From: a virus
Lineage: Duplodnaviria; Caudoviricetes
Strand: one strand, 5' to 3'
Virus record (IMG/VR): IMGVR_UViG_3300046777_000918
Span: 1-27,532 of that record
Length of the DNA: 27,532 nt
The position numbers and the translations under genes are program-made. The number at the start of each line of letters is the position of its first letter. Position 1 is the first letter of the stretch. Under the pieces are notes generated by a model. It was given only the letters and a program-made list of their open reading frames with translations. It was not told the origin of the DNA and did no database searches. Positions 1 through 8,772 of the stretch are shown piece by piece.

Positions 1-22
1 ACCCAGAAAGCTGAAGCCCTCA

Positions 23-47
23 TGGACTACGTTATCGCTAACGTCAA
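23..47 (-). promoter_or_regulatory. Possible promoter/operator upstream of the next (head) genes
   Basis: Minus strand TTGACG (-35-like) overlaps the inverted repeat ACGTTA-N4-TAACGT (29-44); no clear -10. Confidence 0.3.
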
Positions 48-51
48 TCAA

Positions 52-291
52 TTATTCTTGGGGAGCTTCCAGCTTCAGACCCATCTCCACGAGGAACGAG
101 CGTGCATCCGATAGAGCAGCCGCCCTTCCGCAGTTGTATGCCCTCGCTTCTGGAGTCAATGCCGAGTTGATCGCTGCGGACACCTCGTCAGCAATCAATT
201 CACTCAGCACCTGCCGCAATGCACGCAGCACCGGCTCATGCTCACCCACACCACCCAGTGCCATCCTGAGCTGTTCGTCAGTCATTCTCAT
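52..291 (-). CDS. Small portal-adjacent protein (Bbp19-like), 79 aa
   Basis: ATGA overlap with the portal stop; RAYNCGRAAAL resembles the motif of small proteins that follow podovirus portals. Confidence 0.65.
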   Translation of the reverse strand: MRMTDEQLRMALGGVGEHEPVLRALRQVLSELIADEVSAAINSALTPEARAYNCGRAAALSDARSFLVEMGLKLEAPQE

Positions 292-2396
292 TGAGGAGTC
301 GCTCCGGGTTGCACGCCAAGACGTCCAGTGACCGCGTTTTGCTGCTGTTGGACGCTGAATTGCAGGTTCTCGACGTACTTCTGCAAATTGGCTTGGAACA
401 ACGGATCCGCTTGTGCCTGCTGCTGGTATTTCGGGTTCGCCTGCAGGATCTGCTGAGCAAAGTTCAACCGAGCCTGCGCCGTAGGATCGTTCTCGCGCAG
501 CTTCGGAGGGTTACCCAGCGACATGAGCCCAAGTTCGTCGTTGGTCTCGTCGAACATCTTCTGAGAGGCCGGGCCAGCCTGCATGATAAGCTCATTGGCA
601 AGCGTCGGATCAATCGCACGCAGCGCCAGACCCACTAGTTTGGTGCGATCCACCACACCAACGCTATCCAGCGGCAGCACGAGGCTCGAAAGCGCCTTGA
701 GTTTCTCGGTCACAAGGTCGGTCTGCAGCTCCCGCACGTCGAACTTCAGGCTGACATCGAACTCTTGAACGTTGGTGCTCAGAGGAACGTTGCTGCCGGT
801 GATACGAGCCACTTCCTCTGGCCCGGTGTACTGCAACGTCAGGCTCAGAACCTGCCGGAACGCCTCGGTCCAGCCGTGCAGCCAATTGTTCACAAGCCTT
901 TGCTGCCGCATCTGGGTGAGCGCAGGAGGCACTTTCTCGGTAGGACGGCCAAAGTACCGATCCACCTGCGTTTCGATGGCTGCGATGAGGTTAAACGCAA
1001 CGCTCGGCTCACGCGCAGGAGGCTGCATGAACGAGATTTCACCCGGACGCAGCACCGGAATCTGCACCGCAGGACCAAGACGCAGGTTTCCACCCCTCGT
1101 CTTCGGCACTTGGATCGGCGGAATCGTGTTGAGGCTCGTGTAGTCGAAGATCGAGTCGCGCTGGGCCTTGATCTCGTTCTGCCACGTCGCGCAGATCTCA
1201 GGCACGCCTCGGCTCTCAACGATCTTCCGGTGGATCACCTCGGAACGCCACACGATGAACGGATACTGGCCGTGCTCGTAGTCGATGAGCTCGAACTTGC
1301 CCCACGCGTTGCCTACCTGCGGGCAGAATACCGTGCAGTAAACGCCCGGGACACCATCCTCATCGAGTGCTTTCTGATACGCGTAGACGACCTCGATCAG
1401 ATTCTCACGGTCCAGCACCGCGTTGTTGGTCAGCCCAATCGTGTACGTGTAGTCGCTGAAGTTGCTAAACCGTCCACGGGTAGCGATCGCCTGCTTGGCC
1501 CATTCCTCGTCCCAGTCGTCGGTCTCGACGTGCTGCATCACCTCAACCTCGGTCATGTAGCAGCGACGAAAAACTACACGAGCACTCTGGATGTCAGTCG
1601 TTTCCGGAGGGAAAGCCAGCTCATCGTAGGGAGCCAATGCCGCCACGCTCGGAGAGTTCTTCACCAGTGTCGGCACGTAGATCTCGCACTCGCCCTCCTC
1701 ACGCAGATCCTTCACGCACTCCAAAGCCTTGCGCTTCTTGAGATTCGGAAAGGCGGCCATGAGCAGCTCGGCCAACTGATCGGTGGCATCCGGATTTGCC
1801 AACAGATTCGGCAGGTCCGCCAGAACGCTTCCTTGAGGGCTCTGCGCCGCTATTTGCATGAGCTGTTCGACCGTGACGTACTGCTCCTTCTGTCCGATCT
1901 CCTGCTGCCAAGAGACGTGAACGCCCGCCCAGCCGTAGGTCCACAGATACTGGCTCAGAAGCTCCACCTCACGGGTCATGTCCGTGTACAGCTTCTGGTT
2001 CATCACCCAATCCATCAACGAGTGCGCGGTCACCGCGGTGTCTAAGCTGCGAATGTTGGTCGGAGCCACACGCAGCATCGAGCGCCAGAAGGCTGTGGAG
2101 CACACGTCAACCAGCCCGTTCACCACCTCGTCAGCCAGCGGAATCCGCGTATCTGATGCGCCATCCCAAGGGAAAGCCATCTTCCCATTGGGCTGATTGT
2201 CGTTCCACTTCTTGCCGTCCCCGCTCTGACCGTCCCAGCGGCAGTATCGGGTGTTCTCAGCCTGACCAACCCGAGTCCCAAGACCATAGTCTGTGGCCGC
2301 ACGGCGCAGCTCCTCGTTCAAAGCACCCACGTCCGGCGCGTCACCCACATGCGCCATTGCATCACCACTGGTCTTATAGCTCGTCGCGTATTGCAT
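288..2396 (-). CDS. Portal protein (about 702 aa)
   Basis: Directly downstream of TerL; size and Q-rich helical C-terminus as in P22-like portals; ATG at 2396 (MQYATS) preferred over TTG at 2432. Confidence 0.85.
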   Translation of the reverse strand: MQYATSYKTSGDAMAHVGDAPDVGALNEELRRAATDYGLGTRVGQAENTRYCRWDGQSGDGKKWNDNQPNGKMAFPWDGASDTRIPLADEVVNGLVDVCSTAFWRSMLRVAPTNIRSLDTAVTAHSLMDWVMNQKLYTDMTREVELLSQYLWTYGWAGVHVSWQQEIGQKEQYVTVEQLMQIAAQSPQGSVLADLPNLLANPDATDQLAELLMAAFPNLKKRKALECVKDLREEGECEIYVPTLVKNSPSVAALAPYDELAFPPETTDIQSARVVFRRCYMTEVEVMQHVETDDWDEEWAKQAIATRGRFSNFSDYTYTIGLTNNAVLDRENLIEVVYAYQKALDEDGVPGVYCTVFCPQVGNAWGKFELIDYEHGQYPFIVWRSEVIHRKIVESRGVPEICATWQNEIKAQRDSIFDYTSLNTIPPIQVPKTRGGNLRLGPAVQIPVLRPGEISFMQPPAREPSVAFNLIAAIETQVDRYFGRPTEKVPPALTQMRQQRLVNNWLHGWTEAFRQVLSLTLQYTGPEEVARITGSNVPLSTNVQEFDVSLKFDVRELQTDLVTEKLKALSSLVLPLDSVGVVDRTKLVGLALRAIDPTLANELIMQAGPASQKMFDETNDELGLMSLGNPPKLRENDPTAQARLNFAQQILQANPKYQQQAQADPLFQANLQKYVENLQFSVQQQQNAVTGRLGVQPGATPQ

Positions 2397-2434
2397 CTGC
2401 AGCCCTTTGGTCTCTTTTTGCTTAAAAAGCAATG

Positions 2435-4285
2435 CTAATACCCCCCTCCGCCGTAGCTATCCAACCCACCGGCACCCACATGCTCGATCTTCGATATGAG
2501 CAGCATGCCCAAGCAGTCGATCGGATCCTTGGACGCACCCTTCTGCCCATCCCTCCCAGTATGCTCACTCATGCACCAGATGAGATTATGCATGTCATCC
2601 ACCACGTATAGCCTTGGCTCGTTCAAGGACGTCAGTGGCTTTGTAGCGTCGTAGCTCAGGTCCGAGTTGATGGCTGCAGTCCTTTGGTCCACAGGCACAC
2701 CCGGGGCAGGTATGAACGCCATCCCGTCATCCTGATCGCTAGGCTCGGCTAGAAGGTCAATCAGCGTCGTCCCACCCTGTTCGCTGAGTGCCGGGCTGCC
2801 ACCAGCCCTTGGGTCAATCAACCGCATGACCGGCTCCCCACGGCCAATCTCTTCCTCAATGGTTCGGAATAACTGCCGGTACTCGATCACGCTGCGACCA
2901 GCCTCCAACGTCTGCGCTGGACCCGGTTTTCCATCCGCCTTCTCGCTTGGCAACGCCCACTCTCCGTACCCAGTGAAGTCCGGGAACTCACGCACCACAA
3001 CCTTCCTCCCGTCCTCGTAGACCAGCATCCACAAGCAGTACCAGTTACGGCTGCCTGCCGGGTCGCAAACCATGTACAACGTACCACCATCCGGAATCTT
3101 GCTTCTAGGGATGCAATGCGTCTCTGGCCTGAACCTCGCAAATGCCTTGCCGATGTTGTCACTCGCCCAGCCATAGGCACGCGTCAGTATCTGCCCCATC
3201 GGCGCACCCACCAGCTTGGACTTCATCTCGTCCCACGGGTTGTACGGGTTGTCCTCGGAGTAGAAGAAAACCGTGCTCCGATTCTGCTTCTCCAGCCGCA
3301 TCACCCTAGGAGCCTTGCCCACAGGCCAAGTAGGCAGCCCCTGCTTCCCTTTGAGCATCTGCCCGCCATGCCATTCGGTGATAGCCGCACCCCCAGTGAA
3401 CTCCTTGTACACGCTCGCCACACCCTCCAGCGGGGTCTGCGTCACCAGCAACTTGCCACGGCGTGTAACCAACCGATACCGCAGCGTGTCCACCCAGCTC
3501 TGCGGCACCAGCTCGTCGCACCAGATCAGATCAGCCTCCCGACCCTCAATCGTGTTCTCCGACTGCGTGTAGTTTAAAAAGTCACAGCGGGAGCCGTTGG
3601 GCAAGATGAAGCTCCCGTCCGTGAAGCCGTTCTTCCTCGAGTAGTTCAGGTAGTGGATCTTGCCCTTCTTCGTCGCCTTCAAGGCCACCGGCAAGTACTG
3701 GTAGATCGCAGGCTGCTGCACTGTGACACTCGTGGCGTTGCTCGTATGGCAGCAGAGCACGTTGCAGTTCTCCTTGCTCAGCAGCGTCTCCACCACCCGC
3801 CTAGCCGCCCACAGCGTCTTCCCGGCTCGGTTGCCACCGCTTATCAGCAGCTCGCTACACTCAGACCATACCCGGTTCGCCAACTCCCAGTGGTCCGGTA
3901 CGAAGCCGTAGGTGAAGGGATCAGCCTTCTCCAGCAAGCACAGTTGGGTCCGCTGGTCGCGCAACTCCAAGGCTCTGGGATGCTGCGCGCTGACCTTCGG
4001 GATCACCGGATGCTCCGGCTGACTGTTGTTCCACTCGATCTGGTGCTTCTCGGAGCAGAACCGGCCAGTGTCGCGGTCTGGGGTAAACGACCGGGAGCAG
4101 ATCAGACACTTGCGAGGGGAGAACTTGGACTGTCGAAGGGGGCGATTTGCGAAGTTTTTTCCTTCTGGAGAATGCGTCGCCTTTGACGACCCAGCCGAAT
4201 GCTCGACCCCCTCCCCCCCTATGCCTGACGCATCTGGTGTTACCGACTCGGATTCATCACGATGATACTGGCTAATGCTTGGCAT
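2435..4285 (-). CDS. terL: Terminase large subunit with N-terminal Zn-finger-like motif
   Basis: Walker A GGNRAGKT, Walker B LIWCDE, coupling motif TQTP, RNase H-like acidic motifs CDPAG and DPIDCL; start position uncertain. Confidence 0.93.
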   Translation of the reverse strand: MPSISQYHRDESESVTPDASGIGGEGVEHSAGSSKATHSPEGKNFANRPLRQSKFSPRKCLICSRSFTPDRDTGRFCSEKHQIEWNNSQPEHPVIPKVSAQHPRALELRDQRTQLCLLEKADPFTYGFVPDHWELANRVWSECSELLISGGNRAGKTLWAARRVVETLLSKENCNVLCCHTSNATSVTVQQPAIYQYLPVALKATKKGKIHYLNYSRKNGFTDGSFILPNGSRCDFLNYTQSENTIEGREADLIWCDELVPQSWVDTLRYRLVTRRGKLLVTQTPLEGVASVYKEFTGGAAITEWHGGQMLKGKQGLPTWPVGKAPRVMRLEKQNRSTVFFYSEDNPYNPWDEMKSKLVGAPMGQILTRAYGWASDNIGKAFARFRPETHCIPRSKIPDGGTLYMVCDPAGSRNWYCLWMLVYEDGRKVVVREFPDFTGYGEWALPSEKADGKPGPAQTLEAGRSVIEYRQLFRTIEEEIGRGEPVMRLIDPRAGGSPALSEQGGTTLIDLLAEPSDQDDGMAFIPAPGVPVDQRTAAINSDLSYDATKPLTSLNEPRLYVVDDMHNLIWCMSEHTGRDGQKGASKDPIDCLGMLLISKIEHVGAGGLDSYGGGGY

Positions 4286-4327
4286 CAGATCCTCTCAATT
4301 AAATATAATACCTATTGTACACTGCGG

Positions 4328-4957
4328 TCACGAACCCTCTGGAAGCACCTCAGCGTTGGTCTCGACATCGACAACATCGGCTTGGTTCTTGGTGCCCAGC
4401 TCCTTCATTAGGTCACGGTGGTTGGCCGTTAACGATAAAGAAGCGTGGATTGACGTGGGTTGGCCCTTGAGTGTGTTCAACTTATCAATAGCCACAGCCA
4501 GGCTGATCGGTAGGGTCCTACTATCTATCTCCTCGATCGCCGTATCTGCCAGTCTACGAGTACCTTTCCAGATGGCCACCTCGAGGAACCCGGTGACGTC
4601 TGACCGCCAAGCCTCTTCATTGTCCGGGTAGTCCTGTGGCACCTTAACGCCTCGCACGAGCTTGAACGCGGTGCCTTGGCATAGGCCGGTCTCGTCTGAG
4701 ATCTTGGCGAGTGACTTGTTGGTCAGCACACCTTCCACGACGGTGTCTGCGATGTCTTGGGTGAGCTTGGAGTTGTGATGCTGTCCGGGGTGATTGGTGA
4801 CCTTATAGTCGTGTTCTTCGGCTAGGGCCTTGATCTTATCCGCTAGGGCCTTCGGACAGCGTGGATCGTCACGTAGGGCCAAAGAAACCATGTTCCGGTC
4901 CGTGTTGGCCAGCTTGGCTAGAGTCTTCTGAGATACCTCTTTGGTGGGCTTGCCCAT
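4328..4957 (-). CDS. Putative terminase small subunit with LacI-type HTH and a second HTH
   Basis: Immediately upstream of terL; SQKTLAKLANTDRNMVSLALRDDPR...IKALAEEHDY fits the LacI HTH pattern; SLAKISDETGLCQGTAFKLV is HTH-like; helical C-half with AVAIDKLNTLKGQPTSI. Confidence 0.6.
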   Translation of the reverse strand: MGKPTKEVSQKTLAKLANTDRNMVSLALRDDPRCPKALADKIKALAEEHDYKVTNHPGQHHNSKLTQDIADTVVEGVLTNKSLAKISDETGLCQGTAFKLVRGVKVPQDYPDNEEAWRSDVTGFLEVAIWKGTRRLADTAIEEIDSRTLPISLAVAIDKLNTLKGQPTSIHASLSLTANHRDLMKELGTKNQADVVDVETNAEVLPEGS

Positions 4958-5673
4958 TAGAGCGTGAAGTTGAAATCACCCCAGTGTCTGAGCTTCTCGA
5001 TCGGGGTATACATGTACTGCTTAACCCCAGCGAGCATTAGACGGGCGGAGGCAGCGTAGTCTTCGGATAGGTAGTCCTTACCTTTGTCGCATTCGAGCAG
5101 GAATGGAAGCCAGAGCGTAGGGAACATTCCGGCCATCTCATCGTTAGCCCAGTCGATGCGGTAGGGATGCGGCACGGCATCTGTGGCTAGGACCTCTAGG
5201 GATTGCTCCAGAGCCTTTCTAGGTATCGCTACCGCTCCAGAGGCGAAGAACAGGATGGGTGTCAGGCTAGGCTCATCCTCCAGTGGAGCAGCCTCTGGTT
5301 TAGGGCGATAGGCTGGCCTAGGGGGTAGTGCTCGGCAGGAATAGGGCATGCAGACGGCCGCTTGGTGCTTGTGCGCTAGGTCCGCCATGATCATCAGGTC
5401 CGCGGTGCCAAACTGGATGTCGTGGTCCAACTGGATCCAGACGTCTTTGTCATCATCCAAGAAGAATTTGGTAGCTCTACAACGTGATCTGCTAATCAAT
5501 GCATCCTCACGTATAGTACGTAATGCAGCATATCGAGTACGTTGCGCAAAGTAATTAGCTAGATCTATCCAAGATGTTAATACCGCAGAGTGCATATCAC
5601 CATAAGCATAGCAGGTGACATGTACCGACGGTGGTTTATCAATTATATCCACTGATTTGATCTTATTAGACAT
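4957..5673 (-). CDS. GT-A fold glycosyltransferase-like protein
   Basis: LISRSR, DxD (QLDHD), ASGAVAIPR and YLSEDY motifs in GT2-like order. Confidence 0.7.
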   Translation of the reverse strand: MSNKIKSVDIIDKPPSVHVTCYAYGDMHSAVLTSWIDLANYFAQRTRYAALRTIREDALISRSRCRATKFFLDDDKDVWIQLDHDIQFGTADLMIMADLAHKHQAAVCMPYSCRALPPRPAYRPKPEAAPLEDEPSLTPILFFASGAVAIPRKALEQSLEVLATDAVPHPYRIDWANDEMAGMFPTLWLPFLLECDKGKDYLSEDYAASARLMLAGVKQYMYTPIEKLRHWGDFNFTL

Positions 5674-5696
5674 ATATACTTAGAGTATAACTATAC

Positions 5697-5918
5697 TTAG
5701 TTCATTACCTTCTCAACCATTGCATTAAGATATGACTCTGGAGCAATACGAATATGCTCAAAGCCTCTGATGATGAGCTTATAGGCCGGGTCAGTATCCG
5801 ACATGGAAAACCTAGCGGCTACCTGTTCTGGTGAGGCACTACCGGATCTGACGCTACGGACTACCCAATCCCGGTAGGAGGGCGGTATCATGCGTAGTGC
5901 GTACTCTAGGTCTTCCAT
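5697..5918 (-). CDS. Hypothetical protein, 73 aa
   Basis: Co-oriented ATG ORF filling the gap. Confidence 0.55.
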   Translation of the reverse strand: MEDLEYALRMIPPSYRDWVVRSVRSGSASPEQVAARFSMSDTDPAYKLIIRGFEHIRIAPESYLNAMVEKVMN

Positions 5919-5944
5919 GTGATGCTGCTTCTTGGAGCGGTAAT

Positions 5945-6007
5945 GCCCCTAGGAGGCGTTTTGTTCTCTGATGAGGGTCACCATAGCGCAAAGCATCTCC
6001 TAGGGGC
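5945..6007. repeat. Inverted repeat with perfect 11-bp arms, extendable to about 19 bp
   Basis: GCCCCTAGGAG (5945-5955) and CTCCTAGGGGC (5997-6007) in an intergenic gap. Confidence 0.8.
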
Positions 6008-6017
6008 TTGTGGGGGC

Positions 6018-6281
6018 TTAGAACAGGTTATCGTCTACCGGGGTGTGGGTAGGCGCAGGACGAGGGGCCTTGGTCGAGTGCTTCCAGCTCCCGATGATCG
6101 GTCCACGTTCACCTCGGTCACGGGCCTCCTTGGTTACGCCTTGGACGATGAATCCATCATTGCCGTACTTATCCGGTCCGCTCTTGGATTCCAGAAGGGT
6201 TACTTCGAGGAACTTACCGGTCTTACCTTCATACAGATACTGTTTATCCACTTTGCTGACGTTAATGTTGCATCTAATCAT
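6018..6281 (-). CDS. Putative ssDNA-binding protein, 87 aa
   Basis: Follows DnaB; beta-rich core, Pro-rich linker and SSB-like acidic/aromatic tail DDNLF. Confidence 0.55.
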   Translation of the reverse strand: MIRCNINVSKVDKQYLYEGKTGKFLEVTLLESKSGPDKYGNDGFIVQGVTKEARDRGERGPIIGSWKHSTKAPRPAPTHTPVDDNLF

Positions 6282-6302
6282 GTTATGTTATGTTTGTTTT
6301 GT

Positions 6303-7604
6303 TTACGAATCCTGCAATAGCGCAGGTTCAAATCTACAATAGGCACCTTCGTACCACATGGTGACGAATCCACATTCACCATCTCTTTGTTTAGCGATTG
6401 CCAGTGTTGCTTCTCCTTTTGCTTCGGTGCGTTCTCGGTCTAGTAGCAGCACGGTATCGGCATCTCGTTCGATCTGTCCGGAGTCTGCTAGGTCTGAAAG
6501 TCGTGGCTTGCGTCCCTTCTCCTTCTCGCTCTCCCGATTGAGCTGTGCGAGGCAGAGCATGGCAGTGTTTGTCGCTACTGCGCAAGCCTTCAGGGCTCCG
6601 CTGACCTCGGCTACTTCGTAGGTGCGCTTCTCGTGCTTTCCGGATGCCCTGACCTTCTGCAGGTAGTCGAGGATCACCAGACGCACGCCATGTTTACGGG
6701 ATGCCCTACGGATTGCTGCGATAATGGTGCCGATCTTGGCGTTGGCCGATAGATCGAGGAAGTGAAGAGGCTTGGATGAGATCAGCTTGATCGCTTGGGA
6801 CATGCGACCCATGTGGACGTCCGATAGCTCGCCGGTCTTGATGGCTTGCATGGGCACGTTGGCTACGGCAGAGACCAGACGTCGCATGAGCGCCTGCTCG
6901 GACATCTCACATGAGACGAACAAGGTTGGAACGTTGGCTTCGATGCATGCGGATTTAGCTACGCTTACGGCCATGGCTGTCTTGCCGATGGATGGACGTG
7001 CTGCGATGAGGGTCATCTCTCCGACTTGGATACCATCGGTAAGGCTATCGAGCTTTGGGATTCCGCTTGTGATGCCCGATAGTTGTCCCTTGCGCTTCCA
7101 ACGTTCCTCGGTGGCTGATACGAAGGCATTGACCACGTCCTTGGCGGTGGTGGAGTTCGGCGTCTGGTCCTGCTCCAGCGTGATACCGGCTTCGAGGTTT
7201 GCTAACGCTTGGTCCAATGGGACTGCCGCAGACGCTGTGTCCGCTAGGAGCTTTGAAGCTGCGTCACGGAGCTTGCGTCGATGATGCGCTTCTCGGATGC
7301 CAGTGATGTAATACGGCAGATTCGCCTCAGATGGACATGCCTGCATGGCTTCCATCCAGACGCTGGTTGGCAACCCAACGGATCCCTTGGTCTGTCTCCA
7401 AGCTCTGGTCAGGTTCTCGATCGAAGCCGACTTGTTGTCACGAGCGAGTACGGCGATGACCTCAAGGGTGTCCCGGATGTCCTCGTTGACTAGCATCGAA
7501 GGACTAACCTGAGCCACAGCTTCACTAGCCGTGTCGATGCTACCACCGATGCATGCCCCGAGGAAACCCAGCTCGTCGGATGGCGAGAAGTATGCCTCGG
7601 TCAT
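6303..7604 (-). CDS. dnaB: Replicative DnaB-like helicase
   Basis: AARPSIGKT (Walker A), SCEMS, LDYLQ (Walker B), AQLNR, DLADSGQIERDAD, KQRDG. Confidence 0.96.
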   Translation of the reverse strand: MTEAYFSPSDELGFLGACIGGSIDTASEAVAQVSPSMLVNEDIRDTLEVIAVLARDNKSASIENLTRAWRQTKGSVGLPTSVWMEAMQACPSEANLPYYITGIREAHHRRKLRDAASKLLADTASAAVPLDQALANLEAGITLEQDQTPNSTTAKDVVNAFVSATEERWKRKGQLSGITSGIPKLDSLTDGIQVGEMTLIAARPSIGKTAMAVSVAKSACIEANVPTLFVSCEMSEQALMRRLVSAVANVPMQAIKTGELSDVHMGRMSQAIKLISSKPLHFLDLSANAKIGTIIAAIRRASRKHGVRLVILDYLQKVRASGKHEKRTYEVAEVSGALKACAVATNTAMLCLAQLNRESEKEKGRKPRLSDLADSGQIERDADTVLLLDRERTEAKGEATLAIAKQRDGECGFVTMWYEGAYCRFEPALLQDS

Positions 7605-8404
7605 ATCCAGTCCTTCAGATCGAGTTCCTTCTTTACGGTGGGTTGAGGCGTCTGGAAGAGCTGAGGCGTTTCTGTTTTCTGACGCGCTTTGTCGATCTCG
7701 CCGTTCCAGTTGTTCAGCAGCGTGATGGGGTCCTTGCGGAGGTATTTGTCACCCGACAGATACCATCGCTCCAGAGCGTCGATGTCCTCAGGTGGAGTGT
7801 TGAGCTTCAGGACAGCCTTCAGTGCTCGGTTCTCCTTCTCGCTCCACTGAGTCGTGGGCCTACGCTTGAACCAAGACCCGATGCGTAGCCTGAGAGTCTC
7901 AATCTCTGGATCCTCGTCCGAGCCTGTATGGTTTAGAGTATTATAAGGAGAAGGAGATGGAGAGCTATCATTTTGCCATTCGTTTGCCATAGGCTCTGCC
8001 ATGCCTTCTGCCATTGGCTGTGCTATAGCTGAGCCATCATGTTTGCCATCATGTTTGCCATGTCCCCATCGGATTTCGGCCCCTTTTCGGCCACTTGTTG
8101 ATCTAGACTTGCTGAACTCCTGCTGTTCCTGACGAACGATCTCCAGCCTCTTATTCTTGAGGAGACCATCCACTGGGTCTTTTTCGAACTTAGCAAGCAC
8201 ATAGCAAATGGATGGCAAACCTATTAGCCCAGCCATCATTTCGGCACGCTCTTTGTCATCCGGAATCCCACCCTTGGTCCACTGATGGCAGAGCAGTCTG
8301 ATGAATCCACCCACTTCTTCAGCCTTCATGTCTGCAGTCCCGGCTAGAAAATCGTCAGCATAGAACTGAAACGCAGGGGCTTTCCTCTTATTGGTTGCGT
8401 TCAT
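7601..8404 (-). CDS. Replication initiator, DUF1376/YdaU-like
   Basis: PAFQFYADDFLAGT...EEVGGFIRLLCHQW and LKNKRL motifs; coupled to dnaB; repeat-rich internal linker. Confidence 0.8.
   Translation of the reverse strand: MNATNKRKAPAFQFYADDFLAGTADMKAEEVGGFIRLLCHQWTKGGIPDDKERAEMMAGLIGLPSICYVLAKFEKDPVDGLLKNKRLEIVRQEQQEFSKSRSTSGRKGAEIRWGHGKHDGKHDGSAIAQPMAEGMAEPMANEWQNDSSPSPSPYNTLNHTGSDEDPEIETLRLRIGSWFKRRPTTQWSEKENRALKAVLKLNTPPEDIDALERWYLSGDKYLRKDPITLLNNWNGEIDKARQKTETPQLFQTPQPTVKKELDLKDWI
7964..8061. repeat. Iteron-like array, candidate replication origin
   Basis: GC(C/T)AT cores at 7964, 7975, 7986, 7998, 8010, 8022, 8033, 8045 and 8057; four are TTTGCCAT. Confidence 0.75.
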
Positions 8405-8613
8405 TTAGACTCCTTTCCATCAAGGTAGTCTTTCCTGTTTTTCTCCGCGACGAGCTTCACCTTCTGAAGCATCTCGCAAACTTCATCCACCATGTGAGGC
8501 GCTATCAGGATCAGTGCGTCTTCGCCTTCGTATGACTTTTGCAGAATGCAGCAATAGCCTGCGTCTGATGCGTACAACTCGATGTGGTCTTGGCTTTGTA
8601 TTTCTAGGATCAT
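8401..8613 (-). CDS. Hypothetical protein, 70 aa (MILEIQSQ...)
   Basis: ATG at 8613 lies just after a structured RNA element; coupled to the initiator via AAGGAG-TCTAA-ATGA. Confidence 0.65.
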   Translation of the reverse strand: MILEIQSQDHIELYASDAGYCCILQKSYEGEDALILIAPHMVDEVCEMLQKVKLVAEKNRKDYLDGKESK

Positions 8614-8625
8614 GGGTAACAAAAA

Positions 8626-8713
8626 CCCCAGTCCAACCACCGCCGGGTCGCATAGGCACAACGCAGAAGCAGGAGATGCTTCTTGAAGCCTACCGACGGT
8701 AGCTGGACTGGGG
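8626..8713 (-). ncRNA. C4/CI-type antisense RNA candidate
   Basis: 21-bp stem (3 G-U pairs, no mismatch on the minus strand), two inner stems, and unpaired CGUUGU and UGCGAC complementary to upstream ACAACG and GUCGCA; followed by U5. Confidence 0.7.
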
Positions 8714-8731
8714 ATTCTGTTGTGGTCATGA

Positions 8732-8772
8732 CGTTGTTCGGGATGCGACTCCCGGTCCCTCACGCAAGGGAC
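8732..8772 (-). promoter_or_regulatory. Leader hairpins carrying the antisense target
   Basis: GUCCCU-UGCGUG-AGGGAC hairpin, then CGGGA-GUCGCA-UCCCG hairpin, then ACAACG. Confidence 0.6.

Noticed and set aside
765-2045. 426-aa plus-strand ORF and other long plus-strand ORFs
   Set aside because: Antisense shadows of well-supported minus-strand genes; no recognisable motifs
5968-5995. CTGATGAG, the hammerhead ribozyme core, on the plus strand
   Set aside because: No workable stem II and no GAAA partner (reads GCAAAG)
8614-8763. N-terminal extension of ORF 8401..8763
   Set aside because: Runs through the structured RNA; ATG at 8613 is the better start, though a leader peptide cannot be excluded
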